Source: Dehalococcoidia bacterium
GTDB taxonomy: Bacteria; Chloroflexota; Dehalococcoidia; Lucifugimonadales; UBA3495
Reading direction: 5' to 3'
DNA: 64,000 bases
Assembly: GCA_965216025.1 (NCBI GenBank)
Contig: CBDCEX010000017.1
Coordinates: forward strand, 307,390-371,389
Notes under the pieces: generated by a model
What the model saw: the letters and a program-made list of their open reading frames with translations, nothing else
Told to the model about the DNA's origin: nothing
The model's database searches: none
Part shown: piece by piece, positions 1 to 11,319 of the stretch
How positions within the stretch are numbered: position 1 is the first letter of the stretch
Layout of the letters: the number at the start of each line of letters is the position of its first letter
Program-made: the position numbers and the translations under genes

Positions 1-770
1 CGGACGAGTTCCTGGTTTCGGGACGGGGAGAATTGCACCTGGCCATCCTGGTGGAAACGATGAGACGGGAGGGATACGAGTTTCAGGTTTCCAAGCCGGA
101 ACCGGTTACCAGGGTCATCGACGGGAAAGTCCATGAGCCCTATGAGCTGCTGACCATAGACACCCGGGAGGAGTTTATCGGTCCTTTGACGGAAAACCTG
201 TCCGGTCGCTTGGCCCAGCTAGTCGACATGCGCAACGACGGCGCCGGAAATGTGCGCCTGGAATACAACATTCCCACCAGGGGACTGATCGGATTCCGGT
301 CCTTCTTTCTGCGCATCACTAGAGGGAACGGAGTGGACAACGCTGTATTCTTTGAGTATCAGCCGATGAAGGGGGAGGTAAAGTCGGACCTGGGTGGGGT
401 CCTGGTGGCCACCGAAAAGGGGGTGGCGGTTACTTACGGGCTGCTGAACGCTCAGGGAAGGGGCAGCACCTTCGTGGAACCGGGGACCTCGGTGTACGAG
501 GGGATGATTGTGGGAATGCATCCCCGAGATGGGGATATCGGCATCAATGTCTGCAAAGAAAAAAAGCTGACCAACATGCGTTCCTCCACCGCCGACATTG
601 CCAAGCGGCTCAGCCCCATAGTCGACCTGAGCCTGGATGAATCCCTGGATTTCATATCCTCTGATGAGCTGGTGGAGGTAACTCCCCAGAGCCTGAGGCT
701 GCGAAAAAGGAAGCTTTCCTCATCAGCGCGGCAAAAAAGGCGCCGGGATGGTGATAATCCCCGGGCTTAG
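1..770 (+). CDS. typA: GTP-binding protein TypA/BipA, C-terminal part (5' end outside window)
   Basis: The frame is open from the window edge (frame of base 3). GELHLAILVETMRREGYEFQVSKPEPV...GMHPRDGDIGINVCKEKKLTNMRSS matches the conserved C-terminal half of TypA/BipA. Stop at 768-770. Confidence 0.85.
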   Translation, partial: DEFLVSGRGELHLAILVETMRREGYEFQVSKPEPVTRVIDGKVHEPYELLTIDTREEFIGPLTENLSGRLAQLVDMRNDGAGNVRLEYNIPTRGLIGFRSFFLRITRGNGVDNAVFFEYQPMKGEVKSDLGGVLVATEKGVAVTYGLLNAQGRGSTFVEPGTSVYEGMIVGMHPRDGDIGINVCKEKKLTNMRSSTADIAKRLSPIVDLSLDESLDFISSDELVEVTPQSLRLRKRKLSSSARQKRRRDGDNPRA

Positions 771-861
771 TCGTTGCGGCCGGGTCCCGAGCAATTCAGA
801 GGCTCCGGCGGCAAGTAACTCCAAATAGCTCAATCAATCGAGGCGAAAGCGGAGAGCAGAT

Positions 862-1128
862 ATGAAACCATACGATTGGTATCATAAAGCAGTGGAGAAG
901 ATGGCGGCCTTTCTGCCCGGCCTGGACCCGAACCTGGAGGTGGAGCTAGATACAACTGTTGTTACCCCCAACCAGGGCGGAGTGGAATACACCACCTTCG
1001 TGCTGGTTTTCTCCCACTCCTCAAATTCCAACCTCCAATGGACTATGGAGGTGGAGCTGGACGAGGATTACATCGAAAACGAGCTGGAGCAGGTAGTTAC
1101 CAATATCTACCTGCAGCGGGTCGAGTAA
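862..1128 (+). CDS. small acidic hypothetical protein
   Basis: 88-aa ORF with GGAGAG a few nt upstream of the ATG. No family recognised. Followed by a palindromic repeat at 1228-1250. Confidence 0.4.
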   Translation: MKPYDWYHKAVEKMAAFLPGLDPNLEVELDTTVVTPNQGGVEYTTFVLVFSHSSNSNLQWTMEVELDEDYIENELEQVVTNIYLQRVE

Positions 1129-1227
1129 CTAACTGACAGCTTGGGATTGAGCATGGTAATGCTGCGACCAACTTAACCTGACCTATACGACCTCACCGAT
1201 CTCTCAAAACCACCTGGACGATGTAAT

Positions 1228-1250
1228 AGGGGCGCACGGCGGTGCGTCCC
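1228..1250. repeat. imperfect copy of GC-rich palindromic repeat (GGGGCGCACGGCCGTGCGCCCC family)
   Basis: AGGGGCGCACGGCGGTGCGTCCC. Perfect copies occur at 17595-17618 and 53080-53103. Lies downstream of ORF 862-1128, so it may act as a terminator hairpin. Confidence 0.6.
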
Positions 1251-1337
1251 ATTGGTATCAACTTAAACGTTTGGTGTGAAATCCAGCTATGTCACCAGTC
1301 GAGCACGGTGGCAAAAAGGCAGGAGCAAAATCTATAT

Positions 1338-3392
1338 ATGGTGCCACCGAGCGACATCTTCGGAGTAATTCCCACCTGGATCGGGGTGTGCCTGGCCGTC
1401 CTGATCGCCTCTTCCCTGGGCGGTTATGCCCTGTACCGTAGGGTCTTCTGGCTGGTCATGCAGGGCAAGCCGGTAGCCCGCTTCGACCGCCCCCTGGAAC
1501 GCTTGACCGGAGCCATTACCATTGTGCTGGGGCAGCGCAAGGTGCTCCAACGGGTGGGTAGCACCGACCCCCGCAGTAAAGGCATGGACCTGGCAGGCAT
1601 CGGGCATGCCAGCATTTTTTGGGGCTTTCTGTCCTTCTCTTTAAGCTATCTGATCTTCATTTTCGGTGGAGTAATTTGGCCCCCATTGCCAGAGACCCTG
1701 CTAACCGAAACCGGTGTGAGAGTCTTCAGCATATACCTGGACATATTTGCGCTGGTGATTCTGCTGGCCCTGGTCTGGGCCCTGTCCCGGCGCTGGCTGG
1801 CCAAGCCTCATCGGCTGCGCTTTGACCTGACCCGCAAGGGCGAGTCGGTGATCATTGTGGGGCTGACCGGTGGCCTGATGATTGCCACCCTACTGGTGCA
1901 CGCCTTTTACGTGGCCGAGGGCGGCGCCGGTCCGGAAGCGGGGGTACTAATCGGCGGCGCGTTAGGGCGCTGGTTTGGCAGCCTGGGGCTAACTCCCTCC
2001 GCAGCCGGTGTCCTCCAGACCATATCCTGGTGGGTTCACCTGGGGATAATCCTGGGCTTCGGCGTATACATTCCCTTCTCCAAGCACATCCACATGGTGG
2101 CCGCTCCGCTGAACGCCTACTTCCGTTCTCTGGAACCGCGGGGCGCCCTGGCGACCATCGACCTGGAAAACGCTGAGCATTTCGGGGCCGGCAGGGTCCA
2201 GGACTTCACCTGGAAAGAGCTGCTGGACGGCTACGCCTGCGCGGTCTGTGGCCGCTGCACCGACGTTTGCCCCGCCAATCTCACCGGCAAGCTGCTGTCC
2301 CCCATGCACATCGTGGAGAATCTCAAAGCCCACATGCTGGAAATCGGGCACCAGGGACCGCGTAATCCCCAGCATGTTGAGCCCCAATCGATCATCGGCA
2401 ATGCCATTCCAGAGCAGGCGATCTGGGACTGCGTCTCCTGTGGAGCCTGCATGGAAGAGTGTCCGGTGGTGGTGGAGCATGTGCCGACTATCATCGACCT
2501 GCGCCGCAACCTGATCCTGGAGGAATCCAAGATTCCTGAAACCGGCATGAACGCCCTGCTCAGCATGGAGCAGAGGGGTCATCCCTGGCGGGGCACCCAG
2601 TATTCTCGCACGGACTGGGCCGAGGGCTTGGAAGTGCCGACGCTGGCGGAAAACCCCGACGCCGAAATTCTGCTCTGGGTGGGCTGCACCGCCGCACTGG
2701 AGCAGCGCAGCCAGGGGATCGCCCGGTCCATGGCCAAGGTTCTCAAATCCGCCGGGGTCGACTTCGCCATTCTGGGAGAGGAGGAGACTTGCACCGGTGA
2801 CCCGGCGCGGCGGATGGGCAACGAGTATCTGTTTCAGATGATGGCCAAGCAGGCTATTGGCACCCTAAATCAGCACAACGTGAAGAAGATAGTCACCCTG
2901 TGTCCCCACTGCTTTAATACCATGCGCAACGAGTACCCCCAGTTTGACGGGCATTTCGAAGTGCTGCACTACAGCCAGCTGGTCGATGAGCTGATCCGCC
3001 AGGGCCGGATCAAGCCGATCAAGATGATCAATGCCACCGTGGCCTACCACGACTCCTGTTATTTGGGGCGGCACAACGGAATCTACGATCAGCCCCGCAA
3101 CGTGGCCAAGGCCATCCCCGGACTGAAACTGGTGGAAATGTCGCCGCGCTGCCGGGAAAAGGGATTCTGCTGCGGGGCGGGCGGTGGACATATGTGGATC
3201 GAGGAGAGCCAGGGAGAGCGAATCAACCACGCCCGCACCGACCATTTTCTGGAGACTGAAGCCGATGTCGTCGGCGTGTCCTGTCCCTTCTGCCTGCAAA
3301 TGATGACCGAGGGAATCCAAGCCAAGGGCCGGGACGGCGATAGGCAAGCCAAGGACGTGCTGGAGTTGCTGGCGGAGAGTTTGGAGGAGTAG
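1338..3392 (+). CDS. membrane-anchored Fe-S oxidoreductase: multi-TM domain (NarI/DsrM-like by topology only) fused to an HdrD/GlpC/DsrK-like domain
   Basis: The ORF-track start at 1242 (GTG) lies inside the palindrome. ATG 1338, preceded by AGGAGC, is more plausible. The first ~300 aa are hydrophobic. Two 4Fe-4S motifs (CAVCGRCTDVCP, CVSCGACMEECP) and two CCG-type motifs (CPHCFNTM, CPFCLQMM) follow. Confidence 0.8.
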   Translation: MVPPSDIFGVIPTWIGVCLAVLIASSLGGYALYRRVFWLVMQGKPVARFDRPLERLTGAITIVLGQRKVLQRVGSTDPRSKGMDLAGIGHASIFWGFLSFSLSYLIFIFGGVIWPPLPETLLTETGVRVFSIYLDIFALVILLALVWALSRRWLAKPHRLRFDLTRKGESVIIVGLTGGLMIATLLVHAFYVAEGGAGPEAGVLIGGALGRWFGSLGLTPSAAGVLQTISWWVHLGIILGFGVYIPFSKHIHMVAAPLNAYFRSLEPRGALATIDLENAEHFGAGRVQDFTWKELLDGYACAVCGRCTDVCPANLTGKLLSPMHIVENLKAHMLEIGHQGPRNPQHVEPQSIIGNAIPEQAIWDCVSCGACMEECPVVVEHVPTIIDLRRNLILEESKIPETGMNALLSMEQRGHPWRGTQYSRTDWAEGLEVPTLAENPDAEILLWVGCTAALEQRSQGIARSMAKVLKSAGVDFAILGEEETCTGDPARRMGNEYLFQMMAKQAIGTLNQHNVKKIVTLCPHCFNTMRNEYPQFDGHFEVLHYSQLVDELIRQGRIKPIKMINATVAYHDSCYLGRHNGIYDQPRNVAKAIPGLKLVEMSPRCREKGFCCGAGGGHMWIEESQGERINHARTDHFLETEADVVGVSCPFCLQMMTEGIQAKGRDGDRQAKDVLELLAESLEE

Positions 3393-3560
3393 CGGCACGG
3401 GGCTGGGCTTACCCGCCAATGAGCTACCGGCCGATGAACACCTGGGGGCCGGCGATCCCCTCTACTTGGTCGCCTAAGGAGAACGTACCCAAGGAACCTG
3501 ATTCAAAGGAAGCCGTCGGTAGTCAAGACCCTCAAATCCCCCATCGTCTGGTTCGGGGCG

Positions 3561-4358
3561 GTGGCAACCGTGGTGCTGTTAGTGGGCCTCTGGAGCCAAC
3601 TGGAAAGGTTTTTTGTCTTCTTTCCCACCGCGGAGGTTAGATACACTCCCGAGGATGTGGGGCTGGACTACGAGGAGGTCTTTTTCCCCACCTCCGATGG
3701 CCACCGCCTCCACGGCTGGTACATCCCCGGTGACTCCGACACCACTTTGCTCTGGTTCCACGGTAACGGCGGCAACATCGGCCATCGGGTGGACGAGCTG
3801 GCGCTGGTCCATGCTCGCCTGGATGTAAACGTGTTCATCTTCGACTACCGGGGCTACGGCAACAGCGAGGGTAGTCCTTCCGAGCGGGGCATTTATCGGG
3901 ACGCCCGGGCGGCGCTGGCATACCTGCGGACGCGGCCGGAGCTGGCCCCGGATCAGATCGTTTACCTCGGCAGATCGCTGGGGGCGGCGGTAGCAATCGA
4001 GCTGGCCACCGACCAGCCGCCGGCCGGTCTGGTGTTGGTGGCTCCCTTCGCCTCCCTGGGCGATATGGCCCGCATCGCCTACCCCTATCTACCTCTGAAC
4101 TGGTTGCTGGGCAACCGCTACAACTCGGTGGCCCGCATTTCCCAACTGCACCAGCCGGTGCTCATACTCCACGGCGATCAGGACGAAATCGTGCCCCTGT
4201 CTCAGGGCGAGAAATTGCTGGAGGCGGCCAATCCGCCCAAGAGTTTTCAGGTCCTACCCGGCGCCGGTCATAACGACACCTATTCCGCAGCGGGCAACAT
4301 TTACTGGATTGCCTTGAGTGAGTTTCTCAGCGGCTTGGCCACATCCCCCAGCCGTTGA
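3561..4358 (+). CDS. alpha/beta hydrolase (BEM46-like)
   Basis: HGNGGNIGHR, nucleophile elbow GRSLGAAVA and HGDQDEIVP. N-terminal TM helix. Start is GTG per the ORF track; the exact start is uncertain. Confidence 0.8.
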   Translation: MATVVLLVGLWSQLERFFVFFPTAEVRYTPEDVGLDYEEVFFPTSDGHRLHGWYIPGDSDTTLLWFHGNGGNIGHRVDELALVHARLDVNVFIFDYRGYGNSEGSPSERGIYRDARAALAYLRTRPELAPDQIVYLGRSLGAAVAIELATDQPPAGLVLVAPFASLGDMARIAYPYLPLNWLLGNRYNSVARISQLHQPVLILHGDQDEIVPLSQGEKLLEAANPPKSFQVLPGAGHNDTYSAAGNIYWIALSEFLSGLATSPSR

Positions 4359-4424
4359 CATACCAGTCCACCCAACCTATTATGCTGCTAGCCGGATACT
4401 CCCGGATTCTTAAGGAGGTCGATA

Positions 4425-4688
4425 GTGACAACCGCTAAAAAGATGGAAATAGAAATCCTTTACTGCTGGGATTGAGGACACGCCCTGCGTGCTGCCTGGA
4501 TGGCAGGAGAAGCTCTGTCCCGCCGCGGCGAAAACATCACCAATTTCAAGCTAACCCCCGGGCCCCACGGCAAGTTTGACGTGATAATCGACGGCGAGGT
4601 TATCGCCGAGCATCGGCACGAGCCCAACGCCCACATCTTCCCGGATATAGAGGACTTGATGAAGGCCATCGCTCAGCGGGCGGACTAG
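4425..4688 (+). CDS. SelW/Rdx-family thioredoxin-like selenoprotein (in-frame UGA = Sec at 4473-4475)
   Basis: AAGGAGG at 4412-4418, then GTG at 4425. The frame is the same as the 62-aa ORF at 4500 and is interrupted only by TGA 4473. The read-through gives TTAKKMEIEILYCWD-U-GHALRAAWMAGE, a CxxU motif followed by an LRAAW signature. Hairpin CTGCC-TGGAT-GGCAG lies at 4492-4506. Confidence 0.7.
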
Positions 4689-4834
4689 CCAGCAACCCTG
4701 GGCTTGGAGCCGGAGAACATCGACCCCAGGGTTAAGGCCAATGACCGCCCCGGAGTAGGCCAACGACCCGGTTTGGGTTTACTAATTTACCAGATTTGGC
4801 AAGCCCCCAGACTAATTGAAGGCGGTGTGAAGGG

Positions 4835-5299
4835 ATGTCAGTCGTAGATGGGGCCATCACGCTGGGGCCAGGCGAAGGCAGGGTAATTCAGGTACCTGGC
4901 CATCCAATTACTTACAAGGCCACGACAGAGGGTACTGGAGGTGCCTACTCGTTGCTTGAGGTGGTCGTGGCAGGCGAAGGGCCGCCACAACATATCCACA
5001 AAGCCGAGGAAGAGGCATTCTATGTTCTGGAGGGAGAGGTCAACATCAAGATAGGAGAAGAGACGATCAGAGGCACTGCTGGATCCTTTGTCCTCATCCC
5101 AAGAGGTACAGTCCATACTTTCTGGAATACTGGGCCAACGCATGCCAAGCTATTGGCTATCTTCTCTCCGCCAGGATTCGAACAGTTCTTTGTTGAGGTT
5201 GTTGGCGACGAAGAAGTAGATACAGCCACCTTCGTTGAAAGGGGCATGGCCGTCGCTGAGAAATACAACCTGGAAATCGTGGGGCCTCCTCTTGGATAA
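4835..5299 (+). CDS. cupin domain protein
   Basis: Cupin motifs HIHKAEEEAFYVLEGEV and GSFVLIPRGTVHTF. 154 aa. Confidence 0.75.
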   Translation: MSVVDGAITLGPGEGRVIQVPGHPITYKATTEGTGGAYSLLEVVVAGEGPPQHIHKAEEEAFYVLEGEVNIKIGEETIRGTAGSFVLIPRGTVHTFWNTGPTHAKLLAIFSPPGFEQFFVEVVGDEEVDTATFVERGMAVAEKYNLEIVGPPLG

Positions 5300-5387
5300 C
5301 GTTCCAGGTGCAATATGGGGATAATTACCTCTTCCGAAGGGGATATAGGGGGATTTGGATCTCTCAAGATTACAAATTGCTTCAGGT

Positions 5388-5681
5388 TCACACTCCGGAG
5401 ATGATTTCCGTATCATAGTCCAGCAGCTCTAGATCCGGCCGGGTGTCGACGACGAAAGAGACCATCTGCGCCAAGACCTCATCGGCTCGGCCGGCATCAT
5501 TGCTGACGCTACAAGCCACCAGGGTCAGCCGTTGCCACAGCTCCGCATCCTCCCCCTCTGCCACTGACACGTTGAACTTGTTGTGAATTCGAGAGGTCAG
5601 GGAACGCGCCACCTGTCGTTTCCCCTTCAAGCTATGATTTTCCGGCAAATAGAGCGCCATCCGGCATATGCCAACGTGCAA
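5388..5681 (-). CDS. DUF503 (YlxP-like) family protein
   Basis: LPENHSLKGKRQVARSLTSRIHNKFNVSVAEGEDAELWQRLTLVACSVSND matches the DUF503 pattern (SLKxKR...KFNVSVAE...W). Confidence 0.8.
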   Translation of the reverse strand: MHVGICRMALYLPENHSLKGKRQVARSLTSRIHNKFNVSVAEGEDAELWQRLTLVACSVSNDAGRADEVLAQMVSFVVDTRPDLELLDYDTEIISGV

Positions 5682-5811
5682 CTCGCACCTCCCCGCAGAG
5701 CTATTCCGTTTCCCCCGGCACCTGCCGCCCAGGAACCCTTTAGCGGGGTCCTGCCGGGCGCGCCGCCACCGGAGTTCGCCCGTAGTTAGGTAAGCTGGTC
5801 ACACTGCGGCC

Positions 5812-5840
5812 TTGACTAGGTAGTTACCACCCTTTAGATT
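5812..5840 (+). promoter_or_regulatory. candidate sigma70-type promoter upstream of rex
   Basis: TTGACT (5812-5817), 17-nt spacer, TAGATT (5835-5840). About 115 nt upstream of the rex ATG. Confidence 0.3.
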
Positions 5841-5955
5841 ATATGACAACGCGGCGAAATCGGGATCAGAGGCAGCCGAAAGGATTCTTTTAGCAGCCCT
5901 TTATGGTACTCTAACGCCAAATCCCCTATTCCAGACCGGTCCGCTGAGGAGTCCA

Positions 5956-6615
5956 ATGCGGGAGTTGGCGGAAACTCCATCCCAGCGCCCACAGCAACGA
6001 ACTGACGTGCCTGAAGTGGTGGTCGCCCGACTGCCTCAGTATGTGCGCGTGCTCAACGTGCTGCTCTCGGATGGGGTTCAGGTAGCCAACTCCCAAATGC
6101 TTGGCGAAAAGCTGCAAGTGACTCCGGCCCAGATAAGGAAGGACCTGAGCTACTTTGGCCGGTTTGGGAAGCAGGGCCGGGGCTATAGTGTACGCCACCT
6201 GCTGGATGAGCTTAAGCAGATCTTGGGTCTCAACTCCCACTGGAATGTAGTCGTGATCGGCGTTGGCAGACTGGGCCGGGCGATTCTAAGCTACCCTGGA
6301 TTCACCCCCGACGGTTTCCACCTGGTAGCGGCATTGGATAACAATCCTGGCCTGGTGGGGCAAGACGTGGATGGCCTGGTAGTAAGGCCGGTGGAAGAGC
6401 TGAACCAAGTAGTCAAAGAGTATGGCATCAGCATCGCCGTCGTCGCCGTGCCCGGTGTTCATACCCAGGGAGTAGTCGACCGGCTGGTAGAATGTGGGAT
6501 ACGGGCCATACTCAACTACGCTCCCACCACGCCTCAGGTGCCACCGGACGTGAACATCCGCAACATCGACCCGGTATTATCGCTGCAATCCATGACCTTT
6601 TATCTGGCGAACTAG
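5956..6615 (+). CDS. rex: redox-sensing transcriptional repressor Rex
   Basis: VVARLPQYVRVL...LGEKLQVTPAQIRKDLSYFGRFGKQGRGYSV followed by a Rossmann domain (VVVIGVGRLGRAIL). Confidence 0.9.
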   Translation: MRELAETPSQRPQQRTDVPEVVVARLPQYVRVLNVLLSDGVQVANSQMLGEKLQVTPAQIRKDLSYFGRFGKQGRGYSVRHLLDELKQILGLNSHWNVVVIGVGRLGRAILSYPGFTPDGFHLVAALDNNPGLVGQDVDGLVVRPVEELNQVVKEYGISIAVVAVPGVHTQGVVDRLVECGIRAILNYAPTTPQVPPDVNIRNIDPVLSLQSMTFYLAN

Positions 6616-7061
6616 CCGGCTCCCGGTCCGCCCACGGCGCCTCGCATATCGGCCCTGGCCCGGCGGCGGCGCACCACATTCAGCCGTATTTGGGCCCGGC
6701 GCATGGCAATGGCTACCTGCTCCAACTCAATTTCGGCCCCCCGGCCCGCCATCCCCTCACTGGCCCGTTCCATCGCTGCCTGGGCCCGTTCCTCGTCTAT
6801 CTCGTCAGACCGCTCGGCGGCGTCGGCCAGCACGGTTACCTGGTTGTCCAGCACTTCCAAGAATCCGCCGCTAACGGCGAGATAGGTCTCTTCGCCATCC
6901 TTGCGGATAATCAGCTCGCCCGGTTGCAGGCTGCTCATCAAAGGCGCGTGGTGGGGCAGGATGCCCAGCTGACCCTCCAAGCCGGGAGCTATCACCAGAT
7001 CCACGTCGTCGCTGTAGACCCGGCGTTCAGCGGTAATTATTTCCAGTCGCATCGGCGCCAT
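6612..7061 (-). CDS. atpC: F1 ATP synthase epsilon subunit
   Basis: RLEIITAERRVYSDDVDLVIAPGLEGQLGILPHHAPLMSSLQPGELII. Last gene of the atp operon. Its stop overlaps the rex stop within CTAG (6612-6615). Confidence 0.9.
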   Translation of the reverse strand: MAPMRLEIITAERRVYSDDVDLVIAPGLEGQLGILPHHAPLMSSLQPGELIIRKDGEETYLAVSGGFLEVLDNQVTVLADAAERSDEIDEERAQAAMERASEGMAGRGAEIELEQVAIAMRRAQIRLNVVRRRRARADMRGAVGGPGAG

Positions 7062-7178
7062 GGTTCTTCCTTCCCTCCGGGGTCCGGGCTCCGGGGTCCG
7101 GTCTCCGGGGTCGGCCGCTAAGCCAGTGCCAGATCCGGTGAAAGATTCTTTTGAAAGATTCCGTTCGCCGGGCTGGGG

Positions 7179-9499
<2,321 letters not shown>

Positions 9500-9537
9500 T
9501 ACTGATCCTTGACGAAAGTTCTAAACTTGTAAGCTCC

Positions 9538-9614
9538 AAATCCCCCTCAGTCCCCCTTTGCAAAGGGGGATGCACCCGGTCCCCCTTTTAAAAAGGGGGG
9601 ATATAGAGGGATTT
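9538..9614. repeat. composite palindromic module in the atpA-atpG spacer
   Basis: Outer arms AAATCCC (9538-9544) and GGGATTT (9608-9614) enclose two hairpins. These are TCCCCCTTTG/CAAAGGGGGA (9551-9570, perfect) and TCCCCCTTTT/AAAAGGGGGGA (9580-9601). Confidence 0.7.
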
Positions 9615-9693
9615 ACAACAACGGCGCCGCCTCCGACCAGGTCTAGCTCTTGATTCGAGTCTTACTAAGAGCCAGTCAGGTGCTGGGGCCAGA

Positions 9694-11202
9694 CTAGCTA
9701 AAGGAACCCTTGAAGTCATTAATGATCTGGGTCAACTTGGCTTCAAGCTCATCACCCAGATCCTTGGTCTCTCGAATATTCTCACCGATGTCCGGATGGG
9801 TAGTCGCGACATGACGGAGAAGTTGCTCTTCGAAGGCCGCGCACCGCTCCAACGGGATGTCGTCAGTGAGTCCAGCGTTGACGGCAAAGAGGATTATAAC
9901 CTCGTCTTCCAGGCTGAGAGGCCGCTGCTGGGGTTGCTTCAACACTTCTGTGGCCAGCTGACCTCTGGCCAGCTGCGCCCGAGTGGCCGGGTCCAAGTCC
10001 GAGGTACCGAACTGGGCAAAACTGGCCAGCTCCCGGTACTGGGCCAGCTCCAGCCGCAACCGGCCCGCGACCCGTCGCATGGCTCGGGTCTGGGCGGCGC
10101 CGCCCACTCGGGAAACCGAAAGACCCACATTGACCGCCGGACGGATCCCGGAGTTGAAGAGGTCTTGCTCCAGGTAAATTTGACCATCGGTGATGGAGAT
10201 AACGTTGGTGGGGATGTAGGCCGAAACGTCGCCGGCCTGAGTTTCGATGATGGGCAGCGCGGTTATGGAACCGCCGCCGTGCTCCTGGTCCAGACGAGCA
10301 GCCCGCTCCAGCAAACGGCTGTGCAGGTAAAACACATCGCCGGGGTAGGCCTCTCGACCAGCCGGGCGCCGCAGCAGCAGCGACATCTGCCGGTAGGCCC
10401 AAGCGTGCTTGGTAAGGTCGTCATAGACCACCAGCACGTCCTTGCCCTGGGCCATGAAATACTCGGCCATAGCGCAGCCGGAATAGGGTGCGATAAACTG
10501 GAGGGGCGCCGAATCCGACGCTCCGGCGTTGACCACAATGGTGTGCTCCATCCCGCCGGCTTCCTCCAGGATTCCGACCACCTGGGCTACCTTGCCTTGC
10601 TTCTGCCCGATGGCGACGTAAATGCAGATGAGGTCGCCGCCCTTCTGGTTGATGATAGTATCCAGGGCTATGGTGGTCTTGCCGGTGGAACGGTCGCCGA
10701 TGATCAGTTCCCGCTGGCCCCGACCGATGGGAATCATGGCGTCGATGGCCTTGATGCCGGTCTGCACCGGCGTGTCCACCGACTGCCGCACCACCACGTT
10801 GGGGGCGACCTGTTCCACGGGGCGCAGCCCGGTGGTGTTGACCGGACCTTTACCATCCAAAGGACGGCCGATGGGGTCCACCACTCGCCCGATCAGAGCC
10901 TCTCCCACCGCTACTTCGATAATCTGCCCGGTGGAGCGGACCCGGTCCCCTTCTTTGACGGCGTTGGGGTCTCCCAGAATCGCGGCGCCAACCAGGTCCG
11001 ACTCCAGGTTCATTGCCAGCCCCAGGACTTCATTGCCGAAATCCAGCAACTCGTTGGAACGGACCCCTTGCAGACCCTGAATGCTGGCGATGCCGTCACC
11101 AACCCGAACCACCGTACCCACGTCGACCAGAGTTAGGTCGGCGCCAAATTCTTCGATTTGGCGCTTGATTAACGAGACAATTTCCTGACCCCTGATCGCC
11201 AT
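9694..11202 (-). CDS. atpA: F1 ATP synthase alpha subunit
   Basis: Walker A GDRSTGKT, plus [43 protein letters not shown]. 502 aa. Confidence 0.95.
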   Translation of the reverse strand: MAIRGQEIVSLIKRQIEEFGADLTLVDVGTVVRVGDGIASIQGLQGVRSNELLDFGNEVLGLAMNLESDLVGAAILGDPNAVKEGDRVRSTGQIIEVAVGEALIGRVVDPIGRPLDGKGPVNTTGLRPVEQVAPNVVVRQSVDTPVQTGIKAIDAMIPIGRGQRELIIGDRSTGKTTIALDTIINQKGGDLICIYVAIGQKQGKVAQVVGILEEAGGMEHTIVVNAGASDSAPLQFIAPYSGCAMAEYFMAQGKDVLVVYDDLTKHAWAYRQMSLLLRRPAGREAYPGDVFYLHSRLLERAARLDQEHGGGSITALPIIETQAGDVSAYIPTNVISITDGQIYLEQDLFNSGIRPAVNVGLSVSRVGGAAQTRAMRRVAGRLRLELAQYRELASFAQFGTSDLDPATRAQLARGQLATEVLKQPQQRPLSLEDEVIILFAVNAGLTDDIPLERCAAFEEQLLRHVATTHPDIGENIRETKDLGDELEAKLTQIINDFKGSFS

Positions 11203-11240
11203 GGGCGACCCTCCTTTGTCTTACTAACTATCTCAAAACG

Positions 11241-11309
11241 TGGTTCGACAGGCTCACCACGAACGGATAAAGAACACCGCCCGTTCGTCCTGAGCTTGTC
11301 GAAGGACGG
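11241..11309. repeat. long imperfect palindrome (CCGTTCG...CGAACGG repeat family) in the atpH-atpA spacer
   Basis: GTGGTTCGACAGGCTCACCACGAACGG ... CCGTTCGTCCTGAGCTTGTCGAAGGACGG. Related copies at 21951-22021 and 45914-45946. Confidence 0.65.
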
Positions 11310-11319
11310 TCCATTAGTC

